A stretch of 34,990 nt of DNA. Source: a virus (Duplodnaviria; Caudoviricetes). Below are positions 25,019-34,249 of this stretch, one piece after another. The number at the start of each line of letters is the position of its first letter. Within the stretch, counting starts at the first letter, position 1. Made by a program: the position numbers and the translations under genes. Location: positions 1-34,990 of IMG/VR virus record IMGVR_UViG_3300032283_000325; one strand, given 5' to 3'. The notes under the pieces were generated by a model. The model was not told the origin of the DNA. It searched no databases and worked only from the letters and a program-made list of their open reading frames with translations.

Positions 25019-26257
25019 TCATGCGGTGAGAGACTGAAGCGTGGCGTTAGAAAGCACGGCAGGCCAATACTTGATTGAACGAATGCTGTTGTTCAGCACG
25101 ACCGTGGTTCCCGTGATCGACGTTCCGTTCGTAGACGGAGCGCCAATACTCAACCATGTTGAGGCGGAGCTAAATGCCAGCGTTCCGCTGGCAACCGTGC
25201 CACCGTTCAAACACAGGTTGGTAGCCGTGCCGTTATAACTGAATGCGCCCTTTGTCAACGCGCCTGCGGTCATGCTATTTGCGGTCGTGACGGTAGCCGC
25301 AGCGTTGAAGTCTGCCAACCGCAGAGTGAGCGCAGATGCAGTTTGGTACATGTGCAAATGCTTGGTCGTTTGATCGTTAGTTGCAATGACCGTGCGGGCT
25401 GTTGAGCTTGATGCGTTGGCGTACCAATTAGCGACGAACGTACCCGTTGTCCCGCCCGTGTACCATGAGTCGAACTTCGCTCCAGCGGCAATAATGGCGG
25501 TATCAACCGCCCTGCTCACCGAACTTGCCACGGTCGGGATGTACGAAGACATGGAACCTGTTTCCAGTTGTGCGCCCCACAGATGAACAGTAGCCGTTTT
25601 GGGACTCCCCGAATTAAGTACGCGAATCTCAATTCCATCGCTTGTGGTACTGGATGTAAACGTCAACTGCACACGTTGCCATGCAGTAGTGAGAGTCGGG
25701 AAGATTGCTCCAGCAGAACCAGCAGAGCGAGCAAATCTGACATTCGTAACCGTTCCAGAATCAGCACGCATCCACATAGATATGGTGTACTGCGTTGCGT
25801 TCAAAACTGTTACGGAGCGAGAAATCACCGCATCTGTTGTCGTTGCATCGAATACAAGTTTCGAAGCTGTTGAGTTGTTTCCCGGATCAGTTTGTCCGGT
25901 CGTCCTCGTTACTGACGTTCCAAACGCACTCCATGTCGTGTTGTTCCCCTGATCCTCGCTGTAGGTCATCAGGTTGGTCGCGCTCCCCTCAATCAACAAT
26001 CCTTTAGGCTGGAGCGTTGTCGGGTCATAGTCAAAGCGTGGATCTTGAGCTGATGAAACGGTTGTGACGTAGCCAAGGTTGTTGATAAAGGTAGCCCGCG
26101 CCGTAGCGTCCGCGCGGCTAAACGTGATCCGCGAATCAAGGACACCCGTGGTGAAATCAATTGACAGCGTTGAGCCGTCGCCAGCGCGACTCATCAGCTT
26201 GCTCGCATAAGACGAGCCGCTGATGCGTGACATCGTTGGGCGGTTGGCGCGATTCAT
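25019..26257 (-). CDS. Head fibre / virion adhesin with carbohydrate-binding-like domains
   Basis: TFSRA...PRFDYDP...GLLIEGSATNL, WGAQLE..SSYIPT, LamG-like C-terminus. Confidence 0.75.
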   Translation of the reverse strand: MNRANRPTMSRISGSSYASKLMSRAGDGSTLSIDFTTGVLDSRITFSRADATARATFINNLGYVTTVSSAQDPRFDYDPTTLQPKGLLIEGSATNLMTYSEDQGNNTTWSAFGTSVTRTTGQTDPGNNSTASKLVFDATTTDAVISRSVTVLNATQYTISMWMRADSGTVTNVRFARSAGSAGAIFPTLTTAWQRVQLTFTSSTTSDGIEIRVLNSGSPKTATVHLWGAQLETGSMSSYIPTVASSVSRAVDTAIIAAGAKFDSWYTGGTTGTFVANWYANASSSTARTVIATNDQTTKHLHMYQTASALTLRLADFNAAATVTTANSMTAGALTKGAFSYNGTATNLCLNGGTVASGTLAFSSASTWLSIGAPSTNGTSITGTTVVLNNSIRSIKYWPAVLSNATLQSLTA

Positions 26258-26826
26258 CAGAGGGTGGACCAGAACGCGCCCATGTCGGGCGTGCCGCTGG
26301 ACTTGAACTGAGCGGTGACGTACTGCGCGCCTGCCAGGTCGATCATCGCATAGGCGGGTGCCACGTTTGTTTCAGCAGACGTGGCCGGGGAATACAGGTT
26401 CGCCGCCGGGGTTCCCGAGACCTGTGTGATGCCGCTGAACGTGCGCGTATTCGCAACGCTGTCAATGGTGTAGTTCGGGACCGTGCCGGTCGTGAAGGTC
26501 AGCGTCAAATCCGCCAGCACCGTGGGGATGTACCAAAAGGTTGTGCCAGCGGCCTCAAGGTACTTGCGCCATCCGATGATCCGCATACCGATAGTGGTCT
26601 GCGCGGTGGTGGCCGACACCAAGAACGGGCTGACGTACAGCAGGGAGGCGTTCTGACCGCTCACCGATGCGCTGGTGATGTCAAACAGCAGCACGTTCCC
26701 GCTTCCCGAAGTGCCGCTAGACGGCACGGTCGTGGTCAGGACGGCGGATGCCGCGTTGTAGGTGGCCGGAACGGACGCTGCCGTCACCTTGCGGAAGTTT
26801 TCCTGCGGGGTCGTAATCGGGGGCAT
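26257..26826 (-). CDS. Hypothetical virion protein, 189 aa, Thr/Ser-rich
   Basis: TGATG coupling on both sides within the head module. Confidence 0.7.
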   Translation of the reverse strand: MPPITTPQENFRKVTAASVPATYNAASAVLTTTVPSSGTSGSGNVLLFDITSASVSGQNASLLYVSPFLVSATTAQTTIGMRIIGWRKYLEAAGTTFWYIPTVLADLTLTFTTGTVPNYTIDSVANTRTFSGITQVSGTPAANLYSPATSAETNVAPAYAMIDLAGAQYVTAQFKSSGTPDMGAFWSTL

Positions 26827-27812
26827 CAGAGTTCTCCTCGGCGCTTCATGTCAAGCGCAATGGCAACCGCCTGGTCCTGCGGCTTGCCTTCCTTGATGAG
26901 TGTGCGGATCTTGTCGCTGACGGCCTTGTCGGCCTTCTCCATGAGCTTGAGGCCGGCCTTGTCCTGCTCGGTCTCTTCGATCTCGGGCTTGGCGGCGGTG
27001 GCCTTCGGGACGCAGTTGGGAACGTCCTTGCCGTCCTTGGTCTTCATGCCCACGGCCTCGTAGCCCTTCCAGCACGCGTCCTCGAGGCCCATGTTGGCCT
27101 TCGCGCCGGGGCGGGATGATTCTTCCTTGGACGGGAGAACATAAAACATTCTTCCACGGCCCCGGAATACGCGACCAAGGTTGTAGCGGTCGCTAAATGA
27201 CTGAGCCTGTGTTTGATTGGCAAATCCCGCAGGATCGCCGTCATCCCACGCTGCAACGACATCGCCCGTGTTGAGGCGGAATGTCTTTCCCGAGTACCCA
27301 CGCGCCATCTCCGCCTTCGCGCCGGGGCGGGAGAAGCCGCGAGACTTCATGTTGGTTTCCAACATCCGCGCAATGCCGATGACTTCGTTGATAGCCTTTT
27401 GATCGCCCGCATCGGCCTTGCTCATCATGGCGTTGGCGCGCTTGATCCACGATTCGGTATCAGCCATCGCCCTGCGATAAGACGCAATGCGTTCTTCGGT
27501 CAGCGCAATCTGATTTTCCGCCTGCTCGTATGAGGAAACGGCAAACTTCGCCTTCGCGCCGGGGCGGGAGGCGCGGAGGCTTTCGCGAAGTTCGTTCATT
27601 CTCTTATCGGCAGATTGTAATTCGTTTTGGAGCCTTGACTTTTCAACTCCTGAAGCACGCGCAATGCGTGTCATCAATTTGCTAGTCTTTTCTCGCAAGT
27701 TGGCGTACTCAACATAATCGCTTTGCTTGTCCATCTCCGCCTTCGCGCCTGGACGCGCAAACACCCCGAGCCGCTGTTCGATTTCGTTGCGAATGTCGCT
27801 CATGCCTTCCAT
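26826..27812 (-). CDS. Modular head-associated polyprotein with four RPGAKAx(M/F) linkers
   Basis: Repeated linker; C-terminal CWKGYEAVGMK...VPNCVP and EGKPQDQAVAIAL mini-domains; start at 27812 or 27803. Confidence 0.75.
   Translation of the reverse strand: MEGMSDIRNEIEQRLGVFARPGAKAEMDKQSDYVEYANLREKTSKLMTRIARASGVEKSRLQNELQSADKRMNELRESLRASRPGAKAKFAVSSYEQAENQIALTEERIASYRRAMADTESWIKRANAMMSKADAGDQKAINEVIGIARMLETNMKSRGFSRPGAKAEMARGYSGKTFRLNTGDVVAAWDDGDPAGFANQTQAQSFSDRYNLGRVFRGRGRMFYVLPSKEESSRPGAKANMGLEDACWKGYEAVGMKTKDGKDVPNCVPKATAAKPEIEETEQDKAGLKLMEKADKAVSDKIRTLIKEGKPQDQAVAIALDMKRRGEL
27097..27758. repeat. Four dispersed 20-nt direct repeats GCCTTCGCGCCGGGGCGGGA
   Basis: Exact copies at 27097-27116, 27313-27332 and 27550-27569; degenerate copy at 27739-27758; spacings 216, 237 and 189 nt. 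Confidence 0.9.
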
Positions 27813-27833
27813 CGTAGCGTCCTCCTATGCGAT

Positions 27834-28922
27834 TTACGCATTCACAAATCCGGGATCGGGAATCTGCCGCGTGTCAATGAGCTGCTGGCGCTTCCCGTTG
27901 TGCCGCTTTAGCGCGGCGTAGTTCACGTTGCCATCCACATCCGTCCACCCGCGCTCGAGGGCGCGCGCCGCCGGCACGGGTATCAGCGCGCAGCGGCAGT
28001 TGAATCCGCACGGCGGTGCGATCCCCTGGCGGTCGAACATCTCCATCGTGCCGATGTAGCCATCCAAGCCCTGATGCGTGGGCCGCGTCCGGTTGTCCCC
28101 GGTCGCGCTGTATTCCACCAGCGGCACGAACGCCTGCACCTTCGGTTCGCGCAGGGTCTCCGCAAGCCCCTCCGTGGCTGCTCGGTTGGTGTTCGTGCGT
28201 AGCACGGTCTCAAGCCGCGCCGTGGTCAGGTGCGTCCCCGTGACCATCTGCGTGGTGGTCACGAAGTCCCCGAGGTTCATCTTGCGTATCCACTTGCCCA
28301 CCACGGACTTGCCGGGTTTCTCTTCGATGACGCGGGCAATCAGCTCCTGCGTCTGCCGCGTCTGCTTCGGGTTCATGGCGGTCACGAAGAACGTGCCGTC
28401 GGTGATCCGCTTGGCCGTGGAGATTTGCCCACCCTGGGGATTGACCGTGATGCCGCGCAGGAGCGAATCAAGCACCGGGTTACGGGCGCGCATATCGGGC
28501 AGGGCGTTGTCGCGCTCGTGGTCGGCCACCTCGCCGCCGCTGCGCTGGGCGGCCTCAATCAGCACATCCCAATCCGTGCGCGAAATCGGCACGCGGGTGC
28601 GGAACCAGTTGGCGATGGGGGCGAGGAAGTCGCGGCCGAAGCCCTCCAGCGCAATTCCCGTTTCCAAGCGGTCGAAGGTCAGGGCCGTGTTGTCCTCGAG
28701 CATCCCCGTCACGGCCTCGTCGGGGATCTTGGCCTTGTCGATGGCCTCCCGTGCGCCGAAGAGCCACGATGCCATCAGGAGGGCCGACGTTGCCTCGTGG
28801 AACGTCCGCCAATGCTCCGCGCCCGTTTCCCCCAGTACCTGGGCTGCAATGCCCCTGCGGTACGCCTGCTGCGCCTCCTTGAGAACGCTGCGGAGGTGCT
28901 TGTCTAGCGCGGCGCGGTTCAT
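27834..28922 (-). CDS. MuF / SPP1 gp7-like head morphogenesis protein
   Basis: RLETVLRTN, YSATGDNRTRPTH and PPCGFNCRC motifs. Confidence 0.93.
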   Translation of the reverse strand: MNRAALDKHLRSVLKEAQQAYRRGIAAQVLGETGAEHWRTFHEATSALLMASWLFGAREAIDKAKIPDEAVTGMLEDNTALTFDRLETGIALEGFGRDFLAPIANWFRTRVPISRTDWDVLIEAAQRSGGEVADHERDNALPDMRARNPVLDSLLRGITVNPQGGQISTAKRITDGTFFVTAMNPKQTRQTQELIARVIEEKPGKSVVGKWIRKMNLGDFVTTTQMVTGTHLTTARLETVLRTNTNRAATEGLAETLREPKVQAFVPLVEYSATGDNRTRPTHQGLDGYIGTMEMFDRQGIAPPCGFNCRCALIPVPAARALERGWTDVDGNVNYAALKRHNGKRQQLIDTRQIPDPGFVNA

Positions 28923-30409
28923 GCCTTGCGCTTGCGCTTGCGGACGGCCACGACCTTGGGAGCCTGCGGGGCGGGTTCCTCACCCTCCGGGGCATCGTTG
29001 CCCATGCCAAGCATGGCTGCAATGGGGTTGTCCCCGCCGGCCGACTTGCCACCAAGGACGGGTTCGCCGTCCATCGGTTCGGCAAGGCCGAGGAGGTCGC
29101 GCACCTCGCGTTCGCTGACGCGGCCGCCGAGGGCCACAAACTTCTCCACGGCCTCCAGGCGTTCCTTGGTGTCCGGGCGCTCCGGGGCGAAGTTGAAACG
29201 GATGGCGCGGGCTTCGTCATCGGACGCGCCGAGCATCTTGGCAACCACGCGCACGAGGTCGGTGGTGATGGATTCCGCCAGCGCGTCCGCGTGGTAGCGG
29301 ATGACGCGGGAGAGGGTGTCAGCGTGGAGGTCGGCAACGCCGGACCCCATGCCCGTGCCGCCCGCCTCGCTCGAGAGCGACTGCCCAAGGATGGCCTCCT
29401 TGAGCTTGCTGCTGCACCAATCGACCATCTCCATGAAGATTTGTGCACGGCCTGCGTTCGCGTCCTTGATGTCGATGTCGTACATCGACTCGTTCGGGCT
29501 AATGCGCGGCAGCACCACGGAATTGTCGTTGACGAGGTTTTGAAGAACCGTCAGCATCTCGTTCTTGGCCGCATCGTTGCCAGCGGGGTAGTAGCCCACC
29601 CGGATGCCGAGCGCGTATCGCTCCGCGTAGGCGGCGGCGTTCTGAAGGATTTCCTGCTTCAGCAGCCAAATATACCAGCACACATCGCGTGCGCCCACGC
29701 CGCGGTAGACCTGGTCGGCGCTGTTCGGGTCGATGAAGTTCGGGGCGGTCGTGAAGACGCGGTGCAGGACAATGGCGCGGCGCTCGTTGTCATCGAACAG
29801 GTGGACGAGCGAGTCAAATCCAAGGTCGGTCACCGACGATTCGTTGATGTACGCCGAGCCAACGCGCATAGCCACGTTGCCGCGCTGGTCGAATGCCAAG
29901 GTGTCGGAGGCGAACGGAATCCATTCGGCCACGCGCACGCCGAGATTTGCGTCCTTCTCGTAGACGATGTTGGTAGCGGACACGCCGTACCACACGGCCT
30001 CATGCATGGCGCGGAACAGGTCGCTGCGCCGGGGGATGGCGTTCACGATGTCTGCGATGCGGGAAGCGAGTTCCTGCGTGCGGGGGTTCTCATCATCGTC
30101 CGCGGTCACGGACCATTCAAGGCCAGCGAGGGTGACGAGGAGGGAGCGCAGGACACCTTCAATGTCCGCATCCATCCGCATCATGGCCTGATAGTTCACA
30201 TCCAGGCGGTACGCGAGGCTGCTGTTTCGCAGCATCAGGGACGCGGTACGGAAGTACGACCGCTGCACTTCCACGGGCAGGGCAAGCGGCCCGGTGGGTC
30301 CGCGGCTCGTGGGCGGTGGCAGGGGCTTGCGCGGCCGGCGTGCGGGCGGGAGGCCCGTTCCCGGAACGGCGTTCGGCATGAGTGGATTGCTGTGCTGCTG
30401 GTCTGCCAT
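28919..30409 (-). CDS. Portal protein (Mu gp29 / DUF935-like)
   Basis: AERYALGIRVGYYP, KEAILGQSLS and GVADLH motifs; between terminase and MuF. Confidence 0.88.
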   Translation of the reverse strand: MADQQHSNPLMPNAVPGTGLPPARRPRKPLPPPTSRGPTGPLALPVEVQRSYFRTASLMLRNSSLAYRLDVNYQAMMRMDADIEGVLRSLLVTLAGLEWSVTADDDENPRTQELASRIADIVNAIPRRSDLFRAMHEAVWYGVSATNIVYEKDANLGVRVAEWIPFASDTLAFDQRGNVAMRVGSAYINESSVTDLGFDSLVHLFDDNERRAIVLHRVFTTAPNFIDPNSADQVYRGVGARDVCWYIWLLKQEILQNAAAYAERYALGIRVGYYPAGNDAAKNEMLTVLQNLVNDNSVVLPRISPNESMYDIDIKDANAGRAQIFMEMVDWCSSKLKEAILGQSLSSEAGGTGMGSGVADLHADTLSRVIRYHADALAESITTDLVRVVAKMLGASDDEARAIRFNFAPERPDTKERLEAVEKFVALGGRVSEREVRDLLGLAEPMDGEPVLGGKSAGGDNPIAAMLGMGNDAPEGEEPAPQAPKVVAVRKRKRKA

Positions 30410-30849
30410 TAGGATTGCCCTGCGTATACGAGTGCCGTCAGATCGGCAACGGTCACACGTTCAGTCTTGCCATTGGGGTAGCGAAGCAGCTCCGTGGTGA
30501 CGAAACGGCCGTCCGGTCCTGGCGCGCTCTGCGAATCGCTGACGGAGTAGCCCATCTGCTTAAGGGCCGCCTGCTGCTCGTCGATATTGAGCCGCCGCGG
30601 GTTTGCTGGCAGTTTGATGTCGTGCTTCTTCTCCGGCTTCCACTCGCGGGTCGGCTTGGACTTCTGCCGCCTAGAAGTCGGCGCTGCTTTCTTTGCGGGC
30701 GCGGGCTTGCTTTCGGAGCCACCGCTACCGGGCTTGCCGCCGCAGTCGTTACCAGGCTCAAAGCCATTCGGGCCGATCCCGCAGTTGTCGAACAGAGCGC
30801 GGCGGGCAAAGATGCCTAAGCGGTTTTCGATTTCCTCTCGCGTGGTCAT
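30409..30849 (-). CDS. Small head-associated protein inserted between terminase and portal
   Basis: NCGIGPNGFEPGNDCG motif, basic linker; N-terminus shared with 26826..27812. Confidence 0.75.
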   Translation of the reverse strand: MTTREEIENRLGIFARRALFDNCGIGPNGFEPGNDCGGKPGSGGSESKPAPAKKAAPTSRRQKSKPTREWKPEKKHDIKLPANPRRLNIDEQQAALKQMGYSVSDSQSAPGPDGRFVTTELLRYPNGKTERVTVADLTALVYAGQS

Positions 30850-30867
30850 GGGTGGGAGTCTACCGCG

Positions 30868-32313
30868 TCACCCGAACATCCTTCGCTTCGGACCACGCGA
30901 TTCAAACATCCGCGTAGGCGTGGTGTTGACGGTCACCACGCCACCTTGGCTCACCACCGTGCCGCTGGCGGCCGCGTTGCAGAGGTCCACCACAACGTCC
31001 ACGGTGTCATCGTGCGACCCGGCGGGGAACGACAGCAGCTCGTCCAGCACCACGCGGAAATCGGGCGCGGCTTGGCCGTTTGCGGCCTGGGGGAAGTGGA
31101 GGCGGCCCTGCTCCACGAAGGGCTGCGCCCCGGCGGCGCGGAGGTGCTTGTCCGCCCCGCGCTCCACAGGGATGACGGGCTGACGGCAGCCCATGCGGAA
31201 TTGATCGAACACGCCCTTTTGCGGCCCGTTGGCCTCCGCGAGAACCAGTTGGCAGCCCCGGCGCTCCACCAGTTCCTTCGCCATGCGGGCGAAGTCCGGG
31301 AAGGACTCGCGCACGCGCAGGATGTCGGTCAGGTACAGGTTGCGGTTGTAGTCCACCTCGCCAACGATGCAGACGGAGTAGTCGGGATCGTCGCGCTCCT
31401 GACGCTTGCGGCCGTACCCCCAGTCGATGGCGGCGATGGTGCGCGACCCCGTGTGGTTGCCATCGTGATAGCGCACCCACTCGGGCCGGAACACGAGGAG
31501 GTCGGAGGACAGCGGCACAAGCTCGTAGGCGCGGGCGTAGGCCATCGGACCCATGTCGCGGCGGTTGCGGTTGAGCAGTTCAGCCGTAAAGACTTCGGGC
31601 CACGGGCTTTCCAAGCCCCGGCATGGCTTCCGCAGGAGCGTGCCGTTCTCCTCGCACTCGCGCCGCCATTGGGCGGTGATGTCATCCGTGTGGAAGGGCG
31701 TGGCCGTGCGCCAAATGCGCGCCGGGTGCTTGGCGGACGGGTCAAGCATCGGCAGCCAAATGTTCGCCATCGCCTCCTTGACCTGTTCGCGTAGTGCGGG
31801 TTGCAGTACCGCGTTGCGGAGGTCGCAGATGTCATCGGGCCACAGGATGTCGGCGCGACCGCCCGTGCGGCCGAAGATGCCGGAGGCTTGCACGGACGGG
31901 TCGCGGCGTGCGGGCAGACCGGGGGCGGTCACGCTCCAGGCGGTCACGGTGTCCTCACCGGGCTTGAGGGCAACGTGGGGGACCACGGCCCGGTACAGGG
32001 GGCTGCGGATGATGTCGCGCAGGAATCGGCTCGTGGCGCTGGCGGCCTCGTCGTTGGACCCGATGAGCTTGAACCGGGTCGCGGGGCGGCGGCCCAGCCA
32101 CCACGCAGCGAGGTAGGTTAGGCTCGAGGTCTTACCGTGGCCGCGGGGCAGCTCGGCGTACCAGCGGTGATGGGTGGCCGCGTGGATCAGCAGTTCGCGT
32201 TGCAGTTTGCTGATGGGCTTGCCGATGAGCAATGCGATAAAGGCCGCCGGGTTCTCCCGTGCGGCCTCCACGGCCTGGGTCGCGGTCAGGGCTTGCGCTT
32301 GGGCTTTCGGCAC
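30868..32313 (-). CDS. terL: Terminase large subunit
   Basis: Walker A PRGHGKT, Walker B ILWPDD, TATPFH, nuclease motifs AIDWG...DYS...HDDTVD. Confidence 0.95.
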   Translation of the reverse strand: MPKAQAQALTATQAVEAARENPAAFIALLIGKPISKLQRELLIHAATHHRWYAELPRGHGKTSSLTYLAAWWLGRRPATRFKLIGSNDEAASATSRFLRDIIRSPLYRAVVPHVALKPGEDTVTAWSVTAPGLPARRDPSVQASGIFGRTGGRADILWPDDICDLRNAVLQPALREQVKEAMANIWLPMLDPSAKHPARIWRTATPFHTDDITAQWRRECEENGTLLRKPCRGLESPWPEVFTAELLNRNRRDMGPMAYARAYELVPLSSDLLVFRPEWVRYHDGNHTGSRTIAAIDWGYGRKRQERDDPDYSVCIVGEVDYNRNLYLTDILRVRESFPDFARMAKELVERRGCQLVLAEANGPQKGVFDQFRMGCRQPVIPVERGADKHLRAAGAQPFVEQGRLHFPQAANGQAAPDFRVVLDELLSFPAGSHDDTVDVVVDLCNAAASGTVVSQGGVVTVNTTPTRMFESRGPKRRMFG

Positions 32314-32684
32314 GGCTTGGGGGGTTCTGCCGGGGCCACGCCGGCGATGGAGCGGGCCACGGCCTCAAGCGCCCCGTCCGCCATGTCAATCAGGGCCACG
32401 TTCTCGGTGGCCGTCCCCGAATCCAGCCGCGCCATCCGGTCCTCCTGCACGGCGGCTTCGATGGACAGCCGCTCTAGGATGGCAAGGGTCTGCGTGGCGC
32501 GCATGATCTCGCGGCGGGTGCTGGATTGGTCGGCAAGGATCTGCGCTGCCCGGTTCACGGCGGCGCGCTTGACCACATCCGGGATCTGCCATCCCTCACG
32601 GATGGCGCGCATCCACAGACGCGGCGCGTCCGCACTTTCCCCTTTCCCCGTTGATTGATCGGGCATCTTGGCCTCCGGTGGCAT
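32286..32684 (-). CDS. Putative terminase small subunit
   Basis: 132-aa helical protein overlapping the terL start; positional call. Confidence 0.55.
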   Translation of the reverse strand: MPPEAKMPDQSTGKGESADAPRLWMRAIREGWQIPDVVKRAAVNRAAQILADQSSTRREIMRATQTLAILERLSIEAAVQEDRMARLDSGTATENVALIDMADGALEAVARSIAGVAPAEPPKPCRKPKRKP

Positions 32685-32685
32685 C

Positions 32686-33861
32686 TTACACTTCCTCGCG
32701 GGTGGCCGTCTGCCCGGTCAGGGTTTCCCACCGCTTCACGATGACATCGCAGTACGCGGGGCTGATCTCCATGCCATAGCAGGCGCGGCCAAGCTGCTCG
32801 GCGGCGATCAGGGTCGTGCCGGAGCCAAGGAAAGGGTCACAAACAAGTTCTGCCTGCACACTTTGCATGATGTCCACAAGCAGTTTGACGGGCTTTTGCG
32901 TTGGATGCGCTCGTCTTTCATTTCTTTCAGTTGCTGCCCATCCAACCCATCTAATCCAAAACGCCCGCCGTTTATGTGAAATTTTGCTCCACAGCAGTTC
33001 GATGTCGTTTCCAATCATTTCTTTATCTGCTTCACCGCGCTTTATCCATACAGACCACGAGCCACCCGAAGGAAGAGTTTCGCGGTAGTAATCCGCGCCA
33101 AACCACATTTCTTCGCGTGCTTCGATTGCAATTGATCGACGGTCGAAAGGACGGTCATCTCCGATGACTCTTTCGTACTCGTAGCCACAAGCATTTGGAG
33201 ATTTTGAAGTTCCCTTGATGGCAGAATAATCCGTATTCAGGTTCATCCCATATGGCGGATCTGTAAGCACAAGATCCGCTTTTTTCTCATCCATCAGCCG
33301 CTGTACATCTTCGACCTTGGTGCTGTTTCCGCAGAGCAAGCGGTGCTTGCCCAGCAGCCACAGGTCGCCGGGTTGCGTGATGGGTTCGGCGGGCGGCTCG
33401 GGTACATTGTCCTCGGTCACCTCGGGCGCGTTAGCGGCGGCGAGCTTGACGAGTTCCTTCTCGTCAAAGCCTGTGGCGGCAAGGAGTTCCTCGTCGTCGA
33501 TGGCGATGGCGGCGAGCTGCTGCTGAAGGGCGGCATCGTCCCATTCGGCTAGTTCGGCGGTGCGGTTGTCCGCGATGGCAAAGGCGGTCGCCTCGCTGCC
33601 AGCGAGGTTGGTGCGGACGGCCTTGATGGTCTGCCACCCCAGGGCGCGGGCGGCCATCAGGGTTCCGTTTCCGGCGATGACCACCCCGTCCTGATTGACC
33701 ACAATGGGCTTCTGCTGGCCGAAGCGGGCAAGGCTGGCCTTGATGGCGGCCAGGTTCTGCTCCCCGTGCTTGCGGACGTTGGCGGGGTCGTTGTGCAGCT
33801 CGGCGCAGGGGATGTCCACGATGCCCATGTCCACGCCGCTGGGGGTCTTGGCCTTGCTCAC
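32686..33861 (-). CDS. ParB-like N-terminal domain fused to a DNA adenine methyltransferase
   Basis: PANVRKH...FGQQKPIVV...IAGNG...IADNRTAE; HRLLCGNS, TDPPY, HPTQKP, DPFLGSGT; GTG start overlaps the upstream stop. Confidence 0.93.
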   Translation of the reverse strand: MSKAKTPSGVDMGIVDIPCAELHNDPANVRKHGEQNLAAIKASLARFGQQKPIVVNQDGVVIAGNGTLMAARALGWQTIKAVRTNLAGSEATAFAIADNRTAELAEWDDAALQQQLAAIAIDDEELLAATGFDEKELVKLAAANAPEVTEDNVPEPPAEPITQPGDLWLLGKHRLLCGNSTKVEDVQRLMDEKKADLVLTDPPYGMNLNTDYSAIKGTSKSPNACGYEYERVIGDDRPFDRRSIAIEAREEMWFGADYYRETLPSGGSWSVWIKRGEADKEMIGNDIELLWSKISHKRRAFWIRWVGWAATERNERRAHPTQKPVKLLVDIMQSVQAELVCDPFLGSGTTLIAAEQLGRACYGMEISPAYCDVIVKRWETLTGQTATREEV

Positions 33862-34109
33862 TTGTGCTTCCTTTCCATCAGGATGAGGTCGAATCCGGCG
33901 GCGTTCGCCACCTTCAGGATGGAGTCGAAGGTGGGCTTGCGCTTCCCGATGACCGTGCCGGGTGTGCCGAGGAGGCATCGGACGGTATGGGCGCGCAGGA
34001 TGCCGTTGGCTTCCATCTCGCGGGCGAGGCCGGATCGCGTGCCGCCAGCGGCGGCCACGGCTTCGGTGATGGTGGCCTTGAATTGATCGTAGGTCGTGAT
34101 TACTGCCAT
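33858..34109 (-). CDS. XRE-like HTH protein, 83 aa
   Basis: TRSGLAREM...KPTFDSILKVANAAGFDL. Confidence 0.7.
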   Translation of the reverse strand: MAVITTYDQFKATITEAVAAAGGTRSGLAREMEANGILRAHTVRCLLGTPGTVIGKRKPTFDSILKVANAAGFDLILMERKHK

Positions 34110-34249
34110 ACGCGGAAGCATATCACGCCAACGTAGCCCATGATGGCGGCGGCGGCGAAACCGATGCAGATGACCACCGCATTGATGATGCGGTCCTGGG
34201 ATCGGTACTGGCGGCAGATTTCGCATTCGCAGCGGTCATCGTCCTTCAC
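34100..34249 (-). CDS. 49-aa membrane peptide with an N-terminal CxCxxC
   Basis: Manual translation MKDDDRCECEICRQYRSQDRIINAVVICIGFAAAAIMGYVGVICFRVWQ; GTGA overlap, AAGGAGG SD. Confidence 0.6.
   Translation of the reverse strand: MKDDDRCECEICRQYRSQDRIINAVVICIGFAAAAIMGYVGVICFRVWQ

Noticed and set aside
27097-27758. CRISPR array interpretation of the 20-nt repeats
   Set aside because: Spacers are about 170-220 nt, in frame and coding; no cas genes
28078-31794. Long plus-strand ORFs antisense to MuF, portal and terminase (and similar ones elsewhere)
   Set aside because: Typical shadow ORFs from high-GC codon bias opposite clearly identified genes
27834-32313. Transposable Mu-like phage or MuF-toxin fusion
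   Set aside because: Only the head genes are Mu-like; no transposase in the window, and MuF ends soon after the CRC motif with no toxin extension
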